Assembly: GCF_037042905.1 (NCBI RefSeq)
Contig: NC_087245.1
Coordinates: forward strand, 25,484,001-25,548,000
Direction of reading: 5' to 3'
DNA: 64,000 nt
From: Lytechinus pictus
Taxonomy: Eukaryota
Of this stretch, positions 14,086 to 27,700 are shown one piece after another; positions within the stretch are counted from its first letter, which is position 1; each line of letters begins with the position of its first letter. Position numbers and translations under genes: made by a program. The notes below the pieces were generated by a model. It was not told the DNA's origin. It was given only the letters and a program-made list of their open reading frames with translations, and did no database searches.

Positions 14086-14255
14086 GTGGGTGTTCATAAA
14101 GTTGTTCGTAAGTTAAGAGCGACTTTAAGAACACATGGTGATCCTTTCTTGTGGTAAATGATATATTCATTGGCGATGGTTAAGCACGTAAGAAAGGATC
14201 ACCAGTCGTTCTTAAAGTCGCTCTTAACTTACGAACAGCTTTATGAAACGGCCCC
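14086..14255. mobile_element. Palindromic MITE (Harbinger-like, CAG flanks)
   Basis: ~65-bp inverted arms (ttcataaagttgttcgtaagttaagagcgactttaagaac / gttcttaaagtcgctcttaacttacgaacagctttatgaa), cag on both sides. Confidence 0.75.
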
Positions 14256-15261
14256 CAGATCTGTTTGTTGGCCTGTTTGCAAAAGACTATTTCAGTTTTG
14301 TTTTCTCTTGTTTTCTCCCCCCCCCCGCAATCAGCACAAGAATGAACCTGACATCGACCAAGACTTCTATCCCTCTGAATACGATCAATGTTAGCCTCAT
14401 GCATGCTGAGCCACTATTGGAAATTGAATAGGCCTATGCTAGAGTATACATCACCATCAGCGAGGAATGGAGCAGGTTTTTATCAGGAGGTGATGGCGGG
14501 ACAGGTGGATAGAATTCAGAATGCTGCTTGGAAGGCATCCTTATGCGACTGTCTAATACCGCGAGATGAGGTGTGACGTCATAGTTCACTGGCCATTGCG
14601 ATGTCCTTCGCTAGAGGACCGATAATGTTACCATAAGGAGAAGGAATATAGGGTGTGGACGATGTATTTCAGTCGACAATGTATTAATACGATTGTCATG
14701 ATAATTGGCCCAAGTTCACTCCATACAGTCTCATTATGGTGAGGGGTGAACAAGGATTCAGTTGGGCAACGGGAATGTTCAAGAGGACGCTTATACAGCA
14801 GGATTCAATGCAACAAAAAAGTCAACCACCCTTATCTACTTTGCGCGCGGGGAAAATAAAATGCATTTTAGACATTACCTGTATGTGGATGCTCGATTGA
14901 ATTCTGTTTTAGTATAAAGCGTTCTATGGGACATTCCCGTGCTGTAATGATGTCTCTCAAAGTCCAAAAGAAGAGGTGGTATTTATTTTTTTCTCTTATC
15001 AAACATGCATTATAAAGTTTGTTTAAAAACCTTATTTTGGACATGAGACCTGATTGGCGCCACTTTAAGAATGTACAAATAAAAAGGACATCCAGCACCA
15101 CCTCCCCGCCTCGGGGAAAAATTGTTGGAAGGGCGCAAAAGTAATGCTTGCCCCGGATGGCATGCAGGAAAAATGCAACGTTTTACGCCACTTTGTAGGT
15201 CTACTGATCTCCATTAGGATTTTGGATCAAATCATCATTGAATAATTACTTGTTGATTTTA

Positions 15262-15480
15262 CAGTTGTGCTAAAAATTAGTGAACCCCACAACAAAACGC
15301 ACCTTTTCATGCTGAGTGTAGAATGCAGACAACAGCACTGCAATGTTCTGCGAGCCTACTTAGGCTAGAGAAACAAACTTTATCTAATGTATTATTTTAT
15401 CGCCTGACTTCACAAGACAGAACTTGAGCACTTAAAATATGTTCATTATCTGGTAGGATTCACTAACTTGAGTACCACTG
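15262..15480. mobile_element. Tc1/mariner-like MITE
   Basis: TA TSD; termini cagttgtgctaaaaattagtgaacc / ggattcactaacttgagtaccactg. Confidence 0.7.
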
Positions 15481-16256
15481 TAGTACTCCAAAGTTTTTAT
15501 GAAAATATATAATTATCTTATTTTGAATGTAAACCTTATATTGCATTGAGTATTTGAATAATTATAAAAACGATCCACGTACATGATCTTGTGTGTAATT
15601 AATAATTCTGCAAAACCACAAAGAATCACCCCAAAATGAACGAAAAAGAGGACTAAAATAAAAACAGTTTCACATTTCTTCAATTTTCTTGATTAACTTG
15701 AAATGAACTATCGTGGACTTTCGTGGTTATTGTTAAATTCATATACTCAATTAGTGGTTTCCTTTTCGTTTTTTTTTTTATTACTATTGCGTGGTTCATG
15801 ATTATACTATGTAATTCATTGAAATTTGCAGAATTAAAACATTTGAAGGAATAGATAACTAAGCCCGAATTCTGAATAGATTAGATCGATAGATACATAG
15901 ATAGATAAGTAGATAGATAGGTAGATAGAGAGAGGGGAGGAGAGATAGGACTATGCTAAACATAGAATGATTGCTCTCATCTGATTTATTTTAGATCCAC
16001 AGCATTTTATTTTATCAAGCGATTATGCATAGAATATGAAAAGTTAAAATGTACAATTTTCGGCTTTCAATTGTTGATACAGTGTATCTCCCAAATTCTT
16101 GGTAAAGAATGAAATATGGTAGGCCTTTTTTTCTGAACTACCGTTTATAGTAATCAGAAATGTAAGTTCCTCTGGAATCGACATTCGGGCTAAATGCGAG
16201 AGTTTTGCCCTAGTGTCTGGAGTGGACAGTTGATTATTAAATGGCAATTTTGTTAT

Positions 16257-16627
16257 GGTCACCGCACACCTTAAGACTAGTCTACGCTCCGATTTAGGGG
16301 AAAGCCAAATGAATAGTTCTTTTTACCTGAAGTTCCAATTAACTGTATGAATACTAATATAAAAATTGTGGATAAATGAAAAGTCTTCTTTTGGCGGAAA
16401 GGCTAAATTGGTTACAAATCGTAGCCGATGTTAAGCTTGCTACGACGTCATTACGATTAGATATTAAATTCGTTTTTATTCTAAGGATAATAATCATAGT
16501 CACGGATTTACGATGATTCACTACTTTGCACAGTAAGACGTGCCAAGTCTAGAATATTCGGATCAAACGTAACAACGTTTTATCGTAAAATCGGGTCGCA
16601 GATCAGTCGTAAGGTGTGCGGTTGCCT
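16257..16627. mobile_element. MITE with ~40-bp TIRs (Harbinger-like)
   Basis: ggtcaccgcacaccttaagactagtctacg...cgattt / aaatcg...cgcagatcagtcgtaaggtgtgcggttgcc. Confidence 0.65.
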
Positions 16628-17376
16628 TAATCTCCGTTTGGTTATTTGTATTCATTCTCGTATTGATTTCGTGTAAAACCTGCCCCCCTCGCTACCTCCT
16701 CTGTCTCTTCTTGAAGTCTATTTCATCATAAACCATTCCCACTATCTCTCAACTGTCATCTCTTTGTTTTTATATTGACAATTTGCATTCATTATTTCAA
16801 CCATCATTTCTTTGTAAATCTTTCAAACTTTCTTTCTCAACCCAATAAAACAATCCTCTCCCCTTCTCTATCTCTTCCATGTAAATATGTACTTTCCTGT
16901 AACCCATTCTTAAATATCATTCGCTATACTTCAAATTTTGAATTCATACTTTATTATTCTATCCCCCCCCCAAAAAAAAAATGCATTTCACTCCCTATTC
17001 TCACTCATGTTTTTTTTGCATTCTTTGTTTATTTCAATTTTCAGTAATCTCTTTCACGTCAGTACTATTTTATCAATTAATGTTGGTCTATATCTCTTGC
17101 TCCGTCACATCAAACTTAAGCCATGACTGTCATTGGTTACTTTCTCTATTAAAAACTTTTCATTTCATCACTTCTCTTTCGATCTCTTTCCCCCACACTC
17201 AATGGGGAGAATTTCATGAGATGCTTTGCCAGTGAATTTCATTCATCAATTTGTTCTCAGCCAATCAGATGAAAGGATTCACAGTAGCTTATTACAAAAG
17301 TGAATGAAAATCACGGACGGTCTGTTTCATGATATGCTCACCATGTCAATCCAATTTTCACACAGCCCTTGGACAG

Positions 17377-17670
17377 AGAGTGAACTTCATGAAATAAATT
17401 ATTACTTCAGCAAACAAAAATGTAATGGTAAATATAAAAACTGAACAAATTTTCAATTATCCTTGGATCCAAAACCCTTATGATTTACACTTAAAATGTG
17501 CACGAACGTTAACTTTATCCAAAGTTCATTCTAACTTTGAAATGACACTTTTCTTCATTAAATGGAATCTTTCAATGTGTAATAAAAATATATAGCACAT
17601 TTTGGTACACCCTTCAAACAAATTTTATCAAAAATCTATTTAATTACTTTCATTTTATGAAGTTCACTCT
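17377..17670. mobile_element. MITE with ~30-bp TIRs
   Basis: agagtgaacttcatgaaat... / ...attttatgaagttcactct. Confidence 0.6.
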
Positions 17671-18472
17671 GGGTATATCCATGTACTCGAAATGTTGCAA
17701 AGTGGATTGGTATCTAGTTACACTCTATGAATTTTAATGATTTTTATTTTGGATTATGGAAAATTTTGTGGTTGATCAAGCATCCATTTGGATGTATAGT
17801 GAAAATACCTGTGTTCAATCCCTAAATAACGGGACAATGTAGCAATTCCTGCTATGGTATGAGAAGACATCAATATTTGAAAATAGTAAGAGTTTACCAT
17901 CAATTTCAATCAATTTTGCAACATTTTATCAAGTCCATGATCAGGAGGGGGAGGGGGGGGGTGGAGGAACACTAGTGGAGGGTTGCACATCTACAAGGGT
18001 TACAATTTTTCGAAACTTCTAAAAACCACCATTTCAGTGGAATTTTTTATTTTATCAAATTCTTTTTCCCCAGATAGCGAAGTGATTTTTGTGGATGTGC
18101 AATGCTCAATTTAAGGGTGATTAAACCTGATCTACTGCAAGCCAAAATATGACATTTTCCTTGAAAGTACTGTATAAGTAAAAATCATGATTTTGCATTT
18201 AACTGATTTTTTCAAGTTGATTACCCACAAAATTAAAAAATCTGCATGTTTAAGTGCAAAAGAAAATTCAAAAATCCAAATTGGATGAAAAATAAAATAT
18301 CATTGACTTTCTATTGATAACTTGGCCTTTCTTTTTAAAAATTTGAACCGGAAAATGGATCTATAAATTTTAATTTATTTTAATCCTTCAACATGTTTTA
18401 GATTACCTACCAAAATTATTAGAATACTATTCCTGGAGGTTTCAGGAAAAATGTCAACTTTGGCTTGCAAAA

Positions 18473-18710
18473 TGGATAAAAAGGGGCAGGGCAACGGGGG
18501 GGGGGGGGGTCACAGTTGATTAAAGAGAGGCAGGGAGGGGGTCACAGTGGATAAAAGGGGCAGGGTCGGGGTCATATAGATAAAGGGGGCAGGGGGTCCC
18601 AATGGATAAAAAGGGGAAGGTCATGGGGGCCACAATGGATAAAAGGGGGCAGGGAAGGGGTCACAATGGATAAACAAGTTTCAGATGGGGGGCCATCATG
18701 ATGGATAAAC
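18473..18710. repeat. Degenerate ~30-bp G-rich minisatellite
   Basis: Repeated tggataaaaggggcaggg...ggggtcaca. Confidence 0.75.
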
Positions 18711-21700
18711 AAAGAGGAAGGGCGAGTCAGTGTACACAAATAAGCATAAGTGAGAAGTAATAATTTTTCATTTTTATAGGGTTTATTATCAATTTTGTCA
18801 AAGAAAAATAATTACAAAAAAAAAATGACCAGCAGCCAAGAAGATTCATTCAAGTAAAGAGGTTACCAGAGCAAATGACCTCTTGAGACAATGGGGTAAG
18901 CCCCTTAACCTCACAAAATGGCCAACAGCCCAATGTGAGCCGAGGTCTTCTTGACAGAAATCACACAATGTGTAACAGCGCCTCCAATAGTCCTCAGTGT
19001 GCAGAGCAAGGCACTGGACACTGCCATGCATGGCATACAACATTTTTAATGTAGGTGCTTTATTTCCAAGTTCAATGCTACTTTGTGTAGCCAAATGTAT
19101 GCAAGACAATGCACTGATTTTCTACCCCCCCCCCCTGAATTGGTCTGTTAATCTCCTTTGTATTCTCTTTATTCACCCTAGAACAAAACCCCCTTCTTCA
19201 TTACCACCCCCTCCCCTCTTCTTTCTACAGATATACCAGTTAATCCACTGAGTGTAACCTTTCTCCATACCTCCCTGTACTACCCATCTTAGGGAGCGTT
19301 TCATGAAGATTTCTGTCTGTGATTTTCACCGACTGAAAATCCTTGCATCTGATTGGCTGAGAGCTAATCAGTGAAAATCATTGACAAACCTCTCCATGAA
19401 ACACTCCCCCGTATCTGCCTTCATTTCACATCCTTCAACATTTACTAGCCATGACTGATATTTTAGTAGTCTTTCAATTCTTTTTTCTTTATTTTCATCT
19501 TTAATTTTCAAATTACTTTTTCTTTTTAATTTTTGAAATTCATTTCTTTTATTGATTAATTTGGAATTTATTATTTAATATTATTCATTTATCATTTATT
19601 TATCATTGTTATTATCATTATTTTATTTATTTATTTATTATTATAATTATAATTTTTTTTTTTTTTTTTTTTTTTTGGGGGGGCTTTCTTATCAAATGTG
19701 CAAATAAATACACCCTTTCTGTACATGATGCAATTCTTTTATGAACTCAAATGTATATTGCATGTTGGTCAAATATTTAGAAAGAAACCAACAGCAAATT
19801 TTCTTCTTTTTTTTTTGGGGGGGGAAGGTGTTTTGCTTTTTTTATATGCTTTTGTTTTCCCCTATGAATTCATTCACCACCATACAGGAATCAAAATGTT
19901 TGTGATTGCTACTTCTCCATCACTCCACCATGAACTCTGAGAGACAAGGCAAGGCAATGAAACGACAAGTGAATCTAGATCTATTTATCGAGCCCTCAAC
20001 ATCGGCTAATCCTGAGGAAGTGCACTTTATATTCCACAATGGTTTATTATACTCCAACAATCATTACAGTACAATGCATGAACCCTAGTAATGAAGCGCA
20101 ATGTCAAATTTCATAGAACGCACCCAACAAGATTTTTGAAATTCATTCCAGGCTGGATGAAAAAAAAATAGCCAAAGGGTCAAGAGAAGCAAAGTCAAAT
20201 TTCACAGACAGCATCCAATAAAACATCCAAAACTCATTCTAGACTGGACGCAGAAAGCATTTCTTTAGCCAACGGGTCTATGGAAGCAATGTCAAATTTC
20301 ACAGATGACACTCAATAAAATCTCAAAAACTCATATCAGACTGAGGAAACCTTTTAGTCAGCCAAAGATGCAATGACAGTCGGAAGAAATTGAACTGAAA
20401 AAGAATCTTCTTTGAAGCCTCTTTCATCAATCACCATAATCAAGATTTTCAGGTCGCCTCTTGGGTGAAGAAGCAGCTCTGGTTTGGACTGAATAAATTT
20501 TATTAAGCCCAGTAAAGAGCAAATGCCAATTTGAAAGACAATGGGATCAAATAAATCAGATGTACCAAGTTCCATCCAATGCCTTCCTGAACATAGCAAC
20601 GCCGCTCTAACCAAGTGAATAAATGCACTTCTCGTTAACACAGGATATGACTTCCCTAAGGAAAAACTACCAGACGATTTGATGACTGGAAAAACATGAA
20701 TTGGGACGATCAGGTGGATCACTGACCTACTCTATGACCAGAAGGCGGATGAATAGCCCAACAGCACCTCATGTCGCCAAAGAACGTGGCTGAGAAACTT
20801 CAAACTCACCGAGGCTGATGAAATGGACAATAAAGAAGCAGGAACCAACTCTATGAGGTCTGCAAATACAACCTATACATCATTATAAAGACACTGAAAG
20901 ACTTGCAAGTTCCCACAAAAGATTTTACAATGCAGATGGTGCAAGATCCAGGGATATGTCACTGATGCTTAGAACAACAAAGGTCACAGAATTGGCATTT
21001 TAGAAGATGGAAAACTGGGGTCTCTATCCAAATGCAACCACAAAGAAGCCAACACTCTCATAGGATACTGTCCATCAGCATGGCAGGCATCATACAAAAG
21101 GCAGACACCTAATGAACAGACCTGCCAACCTCTGGGAATTAATAATTATATTCTTTGATCCCTAAACTGTATTTTCTCCCCCCCCCCCCCCCGTATGAAA
21201 GTTACCTGAAATTAAGTTTATCCCATTGACTATACTTGTATAAGTTTTATGAAATAGAGATATACGCAGAAATAATTTTCTCAATGACATGATTTTTTTT
21301 GGATTTTTTTTTGGGGGGAATTTCATTTTATAAAGAAAAACATAATGCCATATTATGTTTGGATAAAATATACTATATTCTGCAAAAAAAATACTGGTTG
21401 GCAGCTCTACATAAGATATCAGCTTTTGATTTCCACAAAAGATAATGTGCAAGTTTTGAAGAGCTCTGGATACCACAAGTAAACTGAAAAGGACAACTTT
21501 CATCTTGGTCAGACAAAACCTGATGTATCCCAACATTACAAGATTTCCAAACACCAAATACAAAGATGTATGCATGCAACTGAACCAAATTTCTGGAAGC
21601 CAGCAGTGCTGTGTTCAAAGATAGGTCAACAGTTCCTCTCTTCTCTTCTTTGTGCAGACCAAATGGTTACCTGGGTCAATTCTGAGTACAAACTGGTCCT

Positions 21701-24700
21701 TGAACGATCTTAATCAATGCCACAAAGCCCCAAAGCAGTCTTAGCTAAACAGCTCCACTGATGAAATTTGACAAACATGCAAATAGAAACACGACAATGG
21801 CAAGGCTCTTGTGAAATGGATTGAGAAGTACTTGACAACTGATGGCAGGATAGAAATCAAAATTTGACATTGCACTTCTAAAACTGGGTTTCAGATATGT
21901 ATTGCATTAATTGAAGGAGCAATTTTTTTTACACATTATGGAAAAACCAATGTAGCACACAATCCTCATAAAAATGGATTAAAACTTAATATCCAAAATT
22001 TAGTAAATACATTTTTTTCATTCATTTGATTTTTGGGGGCGGACGAACCGATACTGAGAAGCCACATTCATCACTTGTCATTTCAATGCAGGCCAATAAA
22101 TCTCTACACATTGCTTTGATTTCATGATGGATACACACTCAGCAAACGTCACAAACATGAATTTTATGGTGAATAGGGAAAGTACCAAGATAAAGTTTAA
22201 AATATTAATTCAAATTTGTCAAAAAATGTAACATGCACATGTACAGAAAAGGGAATATACTACATTGTAAAATAATTAATACTTTCTCAAATACTTGCTC
22301 TGCAATTATTGTGAAAATAATAAGATCAAAGTATGCAGAGATTTATGAATTGTCTTCTTAGCACATTATAATATCAGTCATGGCGAATATCATGTTGCAA
22401 CGGTGTGAAACAAAGATGAATTTAGAGGTAGTGCAGATAGATACATACAGTACAGGGAAGTAAAGGACAGACGACAATCAATGGATCCGAAGTCCCGACA
22501 AAATTATCAAATTTTCTATCAGGAATTGTATATTTTGAGAGATTTTTAAAATGAAAAAAAAAAATATTCCAGGGATTACAAAGAATGTCATAAATTCAAA
22601 AATTGCAAACGTGGATAAAATGCCCACATTTGGTAAACCTGGTGCCCAATATCTCCAAACTACTTAATGCCCTCAATAATAAATGCTGGAATACCGATTG
22701 CATTGTCTCGCATACTCTAGGCTAAACAAAATATCATTAAAATCATTAATAAAGCACTTACACTTTAGATGTTGTATACCACGCACAGCAGTGTCAAGTG
22801 CCCTCCTCTGCACACTGAAAAAGAGAACTCTTGGTAGTGATGTCACATATTGTGTGATTTAGGCAGGAAGATCTCAGCTCACACCAGACAGGAAGCCATG
22901 TTTGTGAGGTCTGAGGCCTACCCCAGCAATCAATGAGGTCAAATGCTCTGGTCCTCCGACTTGAATGAATCTTCTCGGCTGCTGGTCTTACATTGTTTTT
23001 TCAAAAAGAAATGTACATATTGTATGAATACAAAGTTAAAGTACATGTATACAGTACAGACAATCATACACTACATGTGTAGGGCAGGTCCAAGCTATCT
23101 GACATGACATTAGGGACAGTGATTCTCAGTTTAAAAAAAAAAGGATCCTTCCTGTTTCTGAAAATCTGTTTCAAACTTGAACTGAACTGGAATATTCATT
23201 TTGTCATGAAACAAAAATTATGCTTGTCAAAGGTAAATTCAATGAATTTTTGCATGAAAATTAAAGAACCAACACATATTTACCAATAAATGGAATATCA
23301 CTGTCCCTAGAACATGTGGCATAAGAGACAGATCAAAGAGGTGTTTCACAAAGATCGCAAAGATTTAAGTGTGACTGAAAATTTCTCATAAATTTCCACT
23401 TGTGTGGAAAATAACAGATCACCATATCGGTTGGATCAGAATCAGAAGATACGCACTTCTGCATTCAATCATATACATGGATTCAGATTTAAATTATCAT
23501 GTGTGTATTAATACTTCAGCATGACTTTGAGTCAGTTTTAACTATTTGTGAAACACTTCCCAAAATTGTCTTGGCAGTTTCATAAACTTTTACATGAATT
23601 CAAAATTATCTGATATTTATACAGGCACTTTTCGAATATCATATACAGTAGGTACCGGTATGTGTTTTCTTAATGAAAAATACCCCAAATGACTGGAACA
23701 ATAAATGTACATTAGTGGGACTATGCAAAATTTGATAGAAACTGATGGGATTCTCGAGTGCACACAGTCAAAGTTTATGCCTCCACTATTGCCAGATTTA
23801 GGATACATTATACAACCAACTTCTAATAGTTTGAAATAATGGCCTCGGTGACCTTTAAACCCTGACCTTGTGAGCCTAAAATCTGATTTCTGATTAAGAT
23901 CATCATCTCACATTGCATTCATGAGTGAAAATTGGAGACATTCTCTCAAGCAATTCTTCAATTAAAGTGAAAACAAAATATCTTAATGTATGAAATCATC
24001 TATCGCAATAACGAGATATTCCTGTTTATAAAGACCTATGTGACATTTAAACTTAAACCTCATGACCCTAACATCTATTCAGATCATTACTTGTGTATGT
24101 ACACATGTATAATCTGAAGTTGAACCCTTAAACGGTTCTTTAGTTGTTGCTAGAAAAATACATTTTCAGGTATATCGTGACCTCTGTGAACTTTGACCTC
24201 CTGACCCAAAAATCTTGTCAGATCATTGCCCTTTCAATATACTTACAAGCTTGACCGAGTCTGCAATTGATCTATCATACAGTTTTTAAATCATCGCGAG
24301 AACAAGGTATTTGAATGTATATAATGACCTTTGATGTTGATACCCTACAAAAAATACACAGATCATTTTCAATCCTACAATACTTGGAACAAGTTTGAAA
24401 GTGATCTGTCACACTAATCTTCAGCAAGTATAAAAACAGGACGGATGGACAGACAGCCCAAAATCATGACGACTCCAGAAACCACCTACAGAGGCTTGAG
24501 GTATAAAAATCATTCCCTAACAAGCATTTAAAAATACTGTCATGTATATTCAAGCATTAATTCCCCTAATTGTCATGTTATATTCAAAAATTAATTTCCC
24601 TAAAAATTATTTGTCAGGCGCTATACACAACCATCTAATATAAATTAATTAAACCCATATGTCACTCAATAACCAATACAGATTTGCTGCCCTAAACAAA

Positions 24701-27700
24701 GCTTGATTCATCTACCAATGGAATACTATTTACAGGCTTCAGAACTATAGCATCAGGTGTGCTGCTTTAATCATTATGGTTTGAAACTTTGATCTTTGTT
24801 TGCGAACAGTCTACCTTTTGTTTAATTAATGTTAAATCTTATTTTATGCCCATAATGTGCAGTGCTCCGCAAGGAAGTACAAACTCGGACCATTCCCAAT
24901 TTTAATGATTCCTCTGAAATACAAATTTAAATTATGTATGCAAATGATACTAAAATATTTTGTCACCTAAAATTGAACAGTCTAATTTATCAATAATGGG
25001 CTTTGCTTGTGGCTGATAGGCATTAACAAGATTAACAATGTCAAGCACAGGATATTCTGAGCATTTGAAATACATTTTTTTTCTCTAATTAGCAATCAAA
25101 ATAGGTAATACTGAAATTGAACATAAACTTTTCCCCAATGATGATTAATGAAATTGAATGATTCCATTGATTATGCTGTAAAGTTATGCATAATCTACGT
25201 CCCTACAAAACCTTGTGATTTAGATTAATTGTGCTACGACACCCCATCCCCCCAGCCCCCGACTAGTTCTACGACAAGTAGATCCAGGGTAAAAAACCAG
25301 AGATAAAACTCGACAAGGAAAAACTCTGGAAAACCTTTGGGTCCACTTTTGCAGAATAGTCAGCCCAACCCCCAGCCAATCCCCCCTCCGCCTACTAGTA
25401 CCGGCAGTACGACAAATCAATCCAGGGCAAAAAACAAGGATAACAATAAATAGGGAAAAACTCTGGAAAACCTTTGGGTCCACATTTGCAGTATAGTTAG
25501 TACAATATAAACACAAATACAAACTTCATAAAGATAGAAGTTGTAAACCATTAACTCCACAAATATCTCCTACAACTATTTTCAAACTATAATAGCTTGG
25601 ACCTGTTTCTAAGAGCTACACAAAATTCATCAAATTAAAATGGGTTCATGAGTAGTGAATGCATTTGCAAGTCACATATTTCATACTAAAAATATTTTCA
25701 ATAATTTACATCAAATTTGAACTAACATTTGGTTCATGCAGTCTGATGACCCCCTCCCCCCACCAACTGAGTTTTAACCATATTCTTGACATTCTTGGGA
25801 ATATTAATCCATATAACTTTACACTTACATGTAACACCAAACATCATCCTTACTCTATATCAGTAAAAACTTTATCTTAAAAAGCCCAGTTAAAATAGGG
25901 CTAATATCAGACAGAGTGTAGATAATGACTGGTGTCAAGAGAAAATCCCTGTAAACTATCTCTATCGTGACTACTAGGAACCTCATTAACACAAGATGAT
26001 GGGAGTATATGAAGTGTTTGGTGTCAAATCCATTTTTATGTTGACCATACTTCAGCAAAGACCTTCACGCCAGACATCCGTGTAGATGAAGTCTTGAAGA
26101 TTGGTGTCATGTCCTTATCTCTGGTAGACTATCTCTCTCACCTCTGATTGGAAAATGGTTAGAACCAGAAAGGGGGTGTCTCCACTCAGTGACATGACTG
26201 CAATTGTAAAGTGAAAGAACAAAATATCATTCTAACACATTCCCTTTCAAAACTATTCATCATACTTTGACGTATGTACATAGGAAATAAATCAGAGGTT
26301 GCTTTGGTATAAATGCACTACTTTTCTGTTCCTTTGTCGCAGTTTGTTGTATTTCAAGTCTTTTACACATGCAGCCTTGATGTGTGTCAGAAAATTCTTT
26401 TTCTCTTTTTCATCATGAACGCTTGAGGTGCGGACTATTTTAGTGCGGGCCTGGTGCGGTCCAAAAACTCAAAAGGTTACTGAAAACAGTAATCAGTCTC
26501 TCTCATCGCAAAGTAATACCTCGCGTACCTCAAGTAATGTCAGAAGCAACTGAATGGTACATTCACACCAAATAATAACTGAGGAAGAACTCGTTGCATA
26601 TATGTGTTGCAGGTTTGGATTCAACTTTGTTTTGTAAATTTTCCTGGACTTTGTATGTTGGATATTAAAGTGTGCTGTGGTGATGCAGCACACTCAAGGG
26701 TATTGACAATATGTAACAAGCATGAGGTGCTTGCACCAATTGATTTTGCATTATAAGGTGTGAATACCTGAGATGCCTAGATCGTCACTAACATCAAACA
26801 TTTTTTTGAATGCACATCAATTGTTTATAAATTAAACTGTGTGGACCGTTTGTTCAAATCGTTCAAAATTTTCTAGGGTCGCAAAGACAAAGAAGTCACA
26901 TCTGCTTTCTATTTTAACATCCTAGTCATATCTCATTTTGAGGGGTTCACAAAGTAAAAACATTTATACAAGCATTTGCTTTTTAGTGGATCCCTACATT
27001 TTCACAGCAATTGATAATTTGCTTTTAAATATTATTTTGTTAACCCATGGAAAAAATATTAAACCTATCTTGATTTACACTGTTTGTAGAAGTATATTAT
27101 TATATGCCAATGTCATGGTAATTACAGCCATTTCATTTTGTTCTGTTGGAAATGAAAATAAGCAAATTTGAATGTGAATCTAGTATGCAAATTGCAAGCC
27201 TAATAATAAGAGCATCAAAACAGTTACCATAGACTTTACTTTGATTATTTCAGATGGCATCTCCGTCTTTACGCGCTATAGGGAGAATATGCCCCCAAAC
27301 TGCATGGAACTGCACACTATATACCCCTTGGCAGAAGCTTTACTGGGACTAGTAAGTTTTGTAGAATTATACAATGAACTTGTGACTTGCATATTATGCA
27401 GTTATGCACCCATCATTGGCTAGTGACTACATCCTTGAGCTCATTCTAACAACTTTGATATTGCACAGACAAATCATATAGATACTAAAATAAGCATGTT
27501 AAAAATGCACCACTTTTTCAAATGCCCTTTGGAAATAATTATTAACGCTGCTCAACTTACCACTCGTGATGGTGGCATATTTCTGGACAGTTTCTTGATC
27601 TTTGACCCAGGTTTATTGAGCTGAAATTCTCCATCATGACAACTTCTTTATAATCTAGCTCCATCCTGTTTTGCCATTTCTGCCAGATGAACCTTGTAGG

